This document shows positions 1 to 5,826 of a stretch of 64,000 nucleotides of DNA, piece by piece (positions within the stretch are counted from its first letter, which is position 1; each line of letters starts with the position of its first letter). Under the pieces are notes generated by a model. The model was not told the DNA's origin and did not search any database. It saw only the letters and a program-made list of their open reading frames with translations. The position numbers and the translations under genes are program-made. The DNA is from a virus (Duplodnaviria; Caudoviricetes), in IMG/VR virus record IMGVR_UViG_3300028591_000212, positions 677 to 64,676 of that record. One strand, given 5' to 3'.

Positions 1-195
1 TGCGATATAAATCATACCTTCTAAATAACTCTTATCTTGAATTTCATTTTTATAACGCTCATATTCGTCTGGGAAACTGTCATAACCAAAGCCACACTCT
101 TCCGCCCAAGTTAATAGAAGATATAATGCTTGTTCTCTTAAACTTGGCTTTTCTTTGCGTTCTAGTTCAACTATATCACAAATTGGTGACCACAT
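1..195 (-). CDS. hypothetical protein, runs off the window start
   Basis: ATG at 195, open frame MWSPICDIVELERKEKPS... to base 1. Confidence 0.6.
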   Translation of the reverse strand, partial: MWSPICDIVELERKEKPSLREQALYLLLTWAEECGFGYDSFPDEYERYKNEIQDKSYLEGMIYIA

Positions 196-200
196 GGCTA

Positions 201-401
201 TTACTCCTTTACTTTGAAAGTCATTTTATAATCATCTTGGTTTGCTAAATACCACCTATAAAAATCTTCAAACATAGTTTTATTTTTAACCATGTCGGTG
301 AAATAATCTCTTGCTGCTGAAGCCATAGAATCTTGTCCAGCTTTATAACAATCCGTAAGTATTTGCTCAACTGCTTTGTCTTGTGGTTTTTCCAATCTCA
401 T
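201..401 (-). CDS. hypothetical protein (66 aa)
   Basis: Likely start is ATG 401 (MRLEKPQDK...). The ORF-track extension to 557 overlaps tRNAs. Confidence 0.7.
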   Translation of the reverse strand: MRLEKPQDKAVEQILTDCYKAGQDSMASAARDYFTDMVKNKTMFEDFYRWYLANQDDYKMTFKVKE

Positions 402-424
402 ACAAAATTTCTCTTTCTCTTTAA

Positions 425-499
425 TGGAGTGGGCGGGGGGAATTGAACCCCTATATCCGCCTTGGCAAGGCGGCGCACTGACCGTTGTACTACGCCCAC
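425..499 (-). tRNA. trnG: tRNA-Gly(GCC)
   Basis: Cloverleaf; anticodon arm CCGCC-TTGCCAA-GGCGG; U73; encoded CCA. Confidence 0.95.
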
Positions 500-504
500 A
501 TTTT

Positions 505-581
505 TGGCAGTCCGTACCGGATTCGAACCGGCGGTCTCTTCCGTGACAGGGAAGCATGTTAGGCCACTACACCAACGGACT
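505..581 (-). tRNA. trnD: tRNA-Asp(GTC)
   Basis: Loop CTGTCAC, TTCGAAT T-loop, G73, CCA. Confidence 0.95.
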
Positions 582-585
582 ATCT

Positions 586-671
586 TGGTGCTCGAAGAGG
601 GACTTGAACCCTCACGCTATCGCTAGCAGCGGATTTTAAGTCCGCTTTGTCTACCATTCCAACATTCGAGC
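586..671 (-). tRNA. trnL: tRNA-Leu(TAA)
   Basis: Loop CTTAAAA, long variable arm, CCA. Confidence 0.95.
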
Positions 672-674
672 ATA

Positions 675-753
675 TGGGGTGCCTGACAGGATTCGAACCT
701 GCGAATACCAGAGCCACAATCTGGCGTGATAGGCCAACTACACCACAGACACC
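675..753 (-). tRNA. trnH: tRNA-His(GTG)
   Basis: Loop TTGTGGC, G-1 and C73, CCA. Confidence 0.93.
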
Positions 754-809
754 ATATTTCTTTCTTACCTTACATAATAATTATAACATAAATTTTGATA
801 TTTTTCAAA

Positions 810-885
810 TGGTAGCTCCATTCAGACTTGAACTGAAATTACAGGGATATGAATCCTGTGTACTGACCGTTTATACGATGGAGCT
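810..885 (-). tRNA. tRNA-Met or Ile2 (CAT)
   Basis: Acceptor AGCTCCA/TGGAGCT, loop TTCATAT, CCA. Met vs Ile2 cannot be resolved by eye. Confidence 0.88.
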
Positions 886-887
886 AT

Positions 888-964
888 TGGTGCGGATTGA
901 CGGGCTCGAACCGCCGACCTATTGCTTGTAAGGCAATTGCTCATCCCAACTGAGCTAAATCCGC
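888..964 (-). tRNA. trnV: tRNA-Val(TAC)
   Basis: Loop CTTACAA, canonical arms, CCA. Confidence 0.95.
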
Positions 965-966
965 AT

Positions 967-1040
967 TGGCTGCCACTAAGAGAGTTGAACTTCTATCACT
1001 TGGTTCAGAGCCAAGTATCCTACCATTAGACGAAGTGGCA
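967..1040 (-). tRNA. trnQ: tRNA-Gln(CTG)
   Basis: Loop CTCTGAA, U1-A72, G73, CCA. Confidence 0.93.
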
Positions 1041-1044
1041 ATCT

Positions 1045-1120
1045 TGGTGGGAGCTCCCAGGGTCGAACTGGGTTCCTCGGATTTTCAGTCCGTTGCTATG
1101 ACCGCATCAGCTAAACTCCC
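1045..1120 (-). tRNA. trnF: tRNA-Phe(GAA)
   Basis: Loop CTGAAAA, CCA; A27.A43 mismatch. Confidence 0.93.
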
Positions 1121-1130
1121 ATTAAATTAA

Positions 1131-1155
1131 AAGCCTTCTCATAGAGAGAAGGCTT
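1131..1155 (-). terminator. probable intrinsic terminator
   Basis: AAGCCTTCTC/GAGAAGGCTT 10-bp stem followed by T run on the minus strand. Confidence 0.6.
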
Positions 1156-1411
1156 AACTTGTTAAAATTCTTGTTAAAATAAGTCTAACTCTCTATACTA
1201 CTGGGCACAATAAAAGTATCTTCACCATCAAAGTGTTTAGGGTTTAAAATCATCGCATTCACTGTAATTTCAAATCGTTTCATACTTTTATTCCTTTCCT
1301 ATCTTTACAATTATATTATAATATAAATTTAATATAATTGCAAGTAGAGAGACTAGCTCACTACTTATATTAAATTGTCATACCAAAGAACATAACAATT
1401 TTGTCCTTAAA

Positions 1412-1496
1412 TGGCGCCGTGCACAGGATTCGAACCTGCAAGCCCTTTCAGACCAACGGTTTTCAAGACCGCTCCCTCACCACCCGGACACACGGC
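1412..1496 (-). tRNA. trnS: tRNA-Ser(TGA)
   Basis: Loop CTTGAAA, variable arm, G73, CCA. It reads UCN and is not a UGA suppressor. Confidence 0.93.
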
Positions 1497-1499
1497 ATT

Positions 1500-1574
1500 T
1501 GGCACCCTCGGTAGGATTTGAACCTACATCTGACGACTTAGAAGGTCGTTGCTCTTCCGTTAAGCTACGAGGGT
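1500..1574 (-). tRNA. trnR: tRNA-Arg(TCT)
   Basis: Loop CTTCTAA, CCA. Confidence 0.95.
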
Positions 1575-1578
1575 ATAT

Positions 1579-1658
1579 TGGTTCGCCTTCGTGTTAATTC
1601 ACGAAAATTATTTCGCTGCCTTTGAGCAGTCTTAGCATAGTCAATTCTATGCGGCGAC
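1579..1658 (-). ncRNA. non-canonical tRNA-like cloverleaf RNA ending in CCA
   Basis: TCGCC/GGCGA acceptor plus ACCA end; hairpins GCATAG/CTATGC, CTGC/GCAG and TTCGTG/CACGAA; no TTC T-loop; sits in the tRNA array. Confidence 0.6.
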
Positions 1659-1760
1659 TATGATACCTTTCGATAATAACCTTAAATTCTGATTAGGACT
1701 GGCTATTTTAATGTATTACTGAATACGTTATTATCGCAGTTACCAAGTATTTGTCATTAA

Positions 1761-1843
1761 TGGTGGGCGAAGTGGGACTCGAACCCACACGCTTTAGCAC
1801 TAGTTTCTAAGACTAGCTTGTCTACCAGTTTCAACATTCGCCC
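1761..1843 (-). tRNA. trnL: tRNA-Leu(TAG)
   Basis: Loop CTTAGAA, variable arm, CCA. Confidence 0.95.
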
Positions 1844-1845
1844 AT

Positions 1846-1922
1846 TGGAGGTACAGATGGGATTCGAACCCACGAATAATGGTGTTGCAGACCACTCCCT
1901 TAAGCCGCTTGGGTACCGTACC
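1846..1922 (-). tRNA. trnC: tRNA-Cys(GCA)
   Basis: Loop CTGCAAC, U73, CCA. Confidence 0.93.
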
Positions 1923-1930
1923 ATATATCT

Positions 1931-2216
1931 AAAGCCTTCCTTAAATCACTTCATTTAGCTATTAAGGTTCCCCTACCATAATTTGGGTTTCACACAAACC
2001 CGCTGTCACCCTTTTCACCCTCTTGGAATAACTGCGAATACTGCACAATTAAGGAGTATCCCAACACTTGCTATTCGGAGTTGTAGTCTCTGTTGTCGCG
2101 GTATCTTTTTACTAGCATCTCAGCTAATGCGTGCGTCGAACTTCCTCTACTTTCGTAGCGATAGATTCTGCGTAGCCGACGTTCTGTTTTTCAATCTATC
2201 ATTTATCTAAGGCTTT
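1931..2216 (-). ncRNA. rnpB: RNase P RNA, bacterial type B, circularly permuted (opened in P18/P15.2, P1 replaced by a 6-nt linker)
   Basis: 5'-3' order: P18' AAAGCCTT, CR-IV AGATAAATGA, P2' GATAGATT, CR-V ACAGAA-CGTCGGCT-A, linker, P2 AATCTATC, P3 CTAC-GAAA-GTAG, CR-I GAGGAAGTTCGACG, P5 CACGC, P5.1 GCTGAGATGC, S-domain, P5' GTGTG, P15 CCC-AAATTATGGTA-GGG, P15.1 CCTTAA/TTAAGG, P18 AAGGCTTT. P4 pairs 8 bp with a bulged U. Confidence 0.88.
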
Positions 2217-2225
2217 ATTTTCTTT

Positions 2226-2299
2226 TGGTGTGAGATGCGAGATTTGAACTCGTACCGTCAGTTTGGAGGACTGAAATGCTACCATTACACTAATCCCAC
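2226..2299 (-). tRNA. tRNA-Gly(TCC)-like, atypical (C33, A73)
   Basis: TCAGT-CCTCCAA-ACTGA anticodon arm, TTCAAAT T-loop, CCA. Confidence 0.8.
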
Positions 2300-2335
2300 A
2301 TTATTATTATAACATATTTTTTATAATTTTCAAAT

Positions 2336-2412
2336 TGGTGTGCCTAGTGAGATTCGAACTCACACTCTATAAGGTTTGAGCTTATTGCCTCTACCAGTTG
2401 GGCTATAGGCAC
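2336..2412 (-). tRNA. trnL: tRNA-Leu(CAA) with a short (class I) variable loop
   Basis: ATAAG-CTCAAAC-CTTAT, 5-nt variable region, A73, CCA. Confidence 0.88.
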
Positions 2413-2422
2413 ATTTGATGAA

Positions 2423-2608
2423 TTAGTATCTAAATTCATCAACTACCGCAATAATAATACAAACAATTATCACTATTGCGGTTAGGAAAACAGGAATAGT
2501 TACTATCCACCAACTATTCAAGATATTAAGAACTTTTAAAAGAGCTAAAATAGTTGTAATAACTATTCCTAACAATATAACATCAGATAATTCTACTTCT
2601 TTGTTCAT
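2423..2608 (-). CDS. small two-helix membrane protein
   Basis: 61 aa, two hydrophobic stretches, GGGG-A SD. Confidence 0.7.
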   Translation of the reverse strand: MNKEVELSDVILLGIVITTILALLKVLNILNSWWIVTIPVFLTAIVIIVCIIIAVVDEFRY

Positions 2609-2617
2609 ATATTTCCC

Positions 2618-3121
2618 CTATTTTGAATATTTATCTGCTACAAAAGAGGCGGCATATGAATTAGGTTTAATTTCATAATCATAACCTACTGCTGTAACCC
2701 AACCTTCAAGTTCTTTAATTAAATCTTTTGTCGGGCCAGAAGTGCCTATATCGAGATGGATTGAAAGATTTAGTTTATCTAAAATATTTTCATCTTTATC
2801 TAAGAGATTTGATACAAGTAAATCGGCAGTTTCAATAGATAGTTGGGTTTCTGTATATAATTTTGTGCGTAGGTCTCTAATGCCAGCATGGTCAAATTTT
2901 TTATAGAAATAAATTCCTCCATTACCTACTCTATGCAAAACGATGGCTAAAACAAAATGAGTATCTTTATATGTCATTGAATCTGTACCAATAGATAATT
3001 GATATTCTCTATCAGGTATCTCGTCAACAAAGCTAATTATCCTATTTAATACTTCGTCTAATGTCATCCGCTCATGTTTTGCATTTTGAAACCTTGTATT
3101 TTTATCTATTCTGAACTCCAT
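2618..3121 (-). CDS. RNase H-like YkuK/DUF458 family protein
   Basis: Motifs IGTDS, YTETQLS, IHLDIG, KPNSYAAS..AD; start moved to ATG 3121 behind a GAGGA SD. Confidence 0.8.
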   Translation of the reverse strand: MEFRIDKNTRFQNAKHERMTLDEVLNRIISFVDEIPDREYQLSIGTDSMTYKDTHFVLAIVLHRVGNGGIYFYKKFDHAGIRDLRTKLYTETQLSIETADLLVSNLLDKDENILDKLNLSIHLDIGTSGPTKDLIKELEGWVTAVGYDYEIKPNSYAASFVADKYSK

Positions 3122-3132
3122 ATATAATCCTC

Positions 3133-3546
3133 TTATTTTTCTTCTGAATACCAATCCCAACTTAAATGAATGTCAAAGCTCTTGTCGTCGTCACCCCAAC
3201 GGAAAATGTATTCAGTTTCTACATCATCACCATTGATAGTATTTAGGTTAGAATCAGCTTTCATGGTTCTTAACAAACCTTCTGGGTCACTTGTTGCTTT
3301 ATTAATGTAATAATCGTATGTTGATTTGTTCTTGCATTTAATGAGATAATCGGCAGAACGAATACCAAAAGTACGAATATCAAATCCAACCCAGTAAGTT
3401 GTGCCCGGGCCTTCGTCAAACCCATGGACATTTGCCCACATTGCTGCTTTGTTAGGCCAAAAGACAGACTCATCATAAATATGATTAACTCAATGAGTTT
3501 GTTCGCTTGAACCCAATATTTTCTTTTTAATCCATTTTAAACACAT
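3133..3546 (-). CDS. hypothetical protein (TGA=Trp at 3490-3492)
   Basis: AAGGAG SD before ATG 3546; MCLKWIKKKILGSSEQTH[W]VNHIYDESVFWPNKAAMWANV... is in frame with ORF 3133..3441. Confidence 0.75.
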
Positions 3547-3563
3547 ATATTTATCTCCTTATT

Positions 3564-3638
3564 TGGTAGAAGTATCTGGACTCGAACCAGAATCTAACGG
3601 TTATAAGCCATTTGTTCTGACCTTTAAACTATACTTCT
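3564..3638 (-). tRNA. trnI: tRNA-Ile(TAT)
   Basis: AATGG-CTTATAA-CCGTT, A73, CCA. Confidence 0.9.
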
Positions 3639-3671
3639 AGACTAAAGGGGATTTAAAATCCCCTTATAATA

Positions 3672-4190
3672 CTATTTGCAGTTGCAATTACAGTCTTTTT
3701 CAAATACTACATCTGTTGTGTAGAAAATGCCAGGTGTATCACTGAAAATATCTCTTGCAATATCTTCATACAATGTTGATTTATAGCCATTAGGGTTGTC
3801 CATCTGGTCATTATAGAACTGAACCACCTTATTAGCGAAAACAACATAGTTGAATGAGAATGCTGTAGTATCGCCTGCTGAAGCAATATAAGACAATGCT
3901 GAGTTGCCATCAAAAGCATCTTTTAATAATTCAAGTTTTGATGGAACACCATTTGTATCATTATCAGGGACTACTTTAATTTTTACTGTCACGTTACCGA
4001 AAACTTTTTGAGTTGGTAATAATTGAGTTAAAGCGTCTGCTTTTCTAGCACCGTGTACATATAATGCGATTTCTAATCCGTCATTGTCATCGGTATAAAC
4101 TACTTTAACATCTGGGTCGTTTTCAAATAACATTTCATACTCATGTAAATAAGTCATTCAAGGCGTTGATAATTTAAGATTGTTTGTCAT
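3672..4190 (-). CDS. conserved phage hypothetical protein (TGA=Trp at 4158-4160)
   Basis: GGAG SD before ATG 4190; MTNNLKLSTP[W]MTYLHEYEMLF... is in frame with ORF 3672..4157. Confidence 0.8.
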
Positions 4191-4214
4191 TGATTTCTCC
4201 TCTATACTAAAAAA

Positions 4215-4303
4215 TGGCGCTGCCTCCGGGACTCGAACCCAGACACCGCTAATCGCGATGGATGCCTTAGCAGGGCATTGAGATACCATTACTCCAAGGC
4301 AGC
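4215..4303 (-). tRNA. trnS: tRNA-Ser(GCT)
   Basis: Loop CTGCTAA, long variable arm, G73, CCA. Confidence 0.95.
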
Positions 4304-4426
4304 GTTTCATCGCCCTTTTTACAACGATTTACCTTTCGTTCGCAGCCAGCAAGGGCCACGGACGCTAGGTGGCGAAGCAAGGATAATCGTGAACCAATAT
4401 TAAAACACCAAAAGGTGTAATAATCA

Positions 4427-4502
4427 TGGCTGGGGTAGGTGGATTCGAACCACCGAAATGCAGGAGTCAAAGTCCTGTGCCTTACCGCTTGGCTATGCCC
4501 CA
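4427..4502 (-). tRNA. trnQ: tRNA-Gln(TTG)
   Basis: CAGGA-CTTTGAC-TCCTG, U1-A72, CCA. Confidence 0.95.
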
Positions 4503-4510
4503 ATTTTGAC

Positions 4511-4631
4511 AAGACGCCCTTATTAAATGCTCCACCTATTGAGCTACACGTGTTTATAACACCTGATAGGACTCGAACCTATAACCTTTGGTTTTGCAGA
4601 CCATAAAGAATATTTTTGCTGAAAGCGTCTT
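4511..4631 (-). tRNA. circularly permuted tRNA-Cys(GCA) gene (3' half precedes 5' half, break at 27/28) inside an outer helix
   Basis: Order: TGGT-CTGCAAA-ACCAA (pos 28-43), AGGTT, ATAGG-TTCGAGT-CCTAT, CAGGTGT-T (66-73), ATAA, ACACGTG-TA-GCTC-AATAGGTG-GAGC-A-T (1-27). Flanked by AAGACGC.../...GCGTCTT. Confidence 0.75.
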
Positions 4632-4647
4632 TAATATTTTTACTTAA

Positions 4648-4734
4648 TGGTGGGCCGAGGTGGAGTTGCACCACCGATGTTTCTCATGTCACAGTTTTAC
4701 AGACTGTTGCCCTCGCTACTAGGCATACCGACCC
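4648..4734 (-). tRNA. trnY: tRNA-Tyr(GTA)
   Basis: ACAGT-CTGTAAA-ACTGT, variable arm, CCA; T-loop TGCAACT. Confidence 0.92.
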
Positions 4735-4738
4735 ATTT

Positions 4739-4813
4739 TGGCACCAGTGCAAGGACTCGAACCCTGACCCGCGGTTTTGGAGACCGTCATGCTACCATTA
4801 ACACCACACTGAT
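4739..4813 (-). tRNA. trnW: tRNA-Trp(CCA)
   Basis: ACGGT-CTCCAAA-ACCGC (A27.C43 mismatch), U11-A24, G73, CCA. Confidence 0.93.
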
Positions 4814-4817
4814 ACGT

Positions 4818-4946
4818 TTATTTTTTATTCATATAAAAATCAATCTCTTCTTGCTCTATTGCTCTGCTATCTTTGCTAGCCGCAACACAACAAGCGTAAA
4901 GTAATACCATAATAAATGCTAATAATATAATTCCTAATACTACCAT
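4818..4946 (-). CDS. small membrane protein (42 aa)
   Basis: MVVLGIILLAFIMVLLYACCVAASKD..., directly behind a sigma70-type promoter and AAGG SD. Confidence 0.5.
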   Translation of the reverse strand: MVVLGIILLAFIMVLLYACCVAASKDSRAIEQEEIDFYMNKK

Positions 4947-5003
4947 TTTCTTTTCACCTTACATATATATTATAACATTTATTTTTTATTTTTTCAAATA
5001 AAA

Positions 5004-5028
5004 AGTCTCTCTAACGCGTAGAGAGACT
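5004..5028 (-). terminator. probable intrinsic terminator
   Basis: AGTCTCTCT/AGAGAGACT stem plus T run on the minus strand. Confidence 0.6.
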
Positions 5029-5286
5029 CCTTATAAGATTACTGATAAATTCTCTCTACAATTACACCTTTGTATACCAAAAATACCCTTGACAATTAAG
5101 AGTTATAACTGAACTATTTTGTAGTGATTGTAAATTAAATTTCTTCATACTTATATTATACAAAAGTTTTCTTACTTTTGTCAATTGTATTACGCTGCTG
5201 AACTATAATATGATGGGTTTTTGCCCTTGTCAAATAAAGATAATTATTATTAACCATAATTGATAAATAAAGAGAGGGCACGATAT

Positions 5287-5421
5287 ATGACAATTATTTC
5301 TTTAAGAATTTCAAAGGAAGATAAAAATAAATTGATGGAGTATGCTAAACAAAATGATTTAACAATTTCACAAGTCATTCGTAGAGCAATTCGTTTATTT
5401 TTTAAGCAAAATGCGGAGTAA
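5287..5421 (+). CDS. ribbon-helix-helix (CopG/Arc/MetJ-like) DNA-binding protein, 44 aa
   Basis: MTIISLRISKEDKNKLMEYAKQNDLTISQVIRRAIRLFFKQNAE: beta strand ISLRI, two helices, S-x-VIR-x-AI signature; GAGAGGG SD; below the ORF-track cutoff. Confidence 0.75.
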   Translation: MTIISLRISKEDKNKLMEYAKQNDLTISQVIRRAIRLFFKQNAE

Positions 5422-5532
5422 TCCGCCTTTTTTATTGAAAAATTCCCAAAGCACTTTTTGTTCCTATGTGTCTCGCTCGCCGGCGGCGCACTCAATCATT
5501 CAAATAAAAAAAGGGGTGATTATTCACCCCAT

Positions 5533-5814
5533 CTATTTTAGCACATCGCATTCTGTTGCGATGGCGAGTATCCTATCTTCAATATAATCATTTCCAAGGA
5601 ATTTTAAATCTTTACAAATTCCCCTTCCAAAGCGAGTCATTCCTGAGCCACTGTCCCAGATATCGTACACTTGACTTTTGGCATATCTAATGGCTTCATC
5701 TTCAGTGAAACGAGGATATTCTTCTTCACCATTGTCGCACATACCATTAGCATACATTCCAAAGATACAGTTTAGGTTGTTCTCTAATTGTCTTTGTCTT
5801 TTATTCAGTGTCAT
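5533..5814 (-). CDS. hypothetical protein
   Basis: 93-aa ORF, GAGG SD. Confidence 0.75.
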   Translation of the reverse strand: MTLNKRQRQLENNLNCIFGMYANGMCDNGEEEYPRFTEDEAIRYAKSQVYDIWDSGSGMTRFGRGICKDLKFLGNDYIEDRILAIATECDVLK

Positions 5815-5826
5815 ATTTTTACCTCG

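Noticed and set aside
1412-1496. tRNA with TGA anticodon as a UGA suppressor
   Set aside because: Anticodon UGA reads UCA (Ser). A suppressor needs anticodon UCA. The body is a normal class II Ser tRNA.
425-4813. HDV-like theta ribozymes directly 3' of tRNAs
   Set aside because: Every canonical tRNA encodes CCA and is followed by a short AT-rich spacer. I could not build a P1/P1.1/P3 nested pseudoknot at any 3' end.
647-4904. Track ORFs 647..931, 1983..2210, 4267..4512, 4616..4801 and 4647..4904
   Set aside because: They overlap tRNA or RNase P genes, lack SD sites and have atypical composition.
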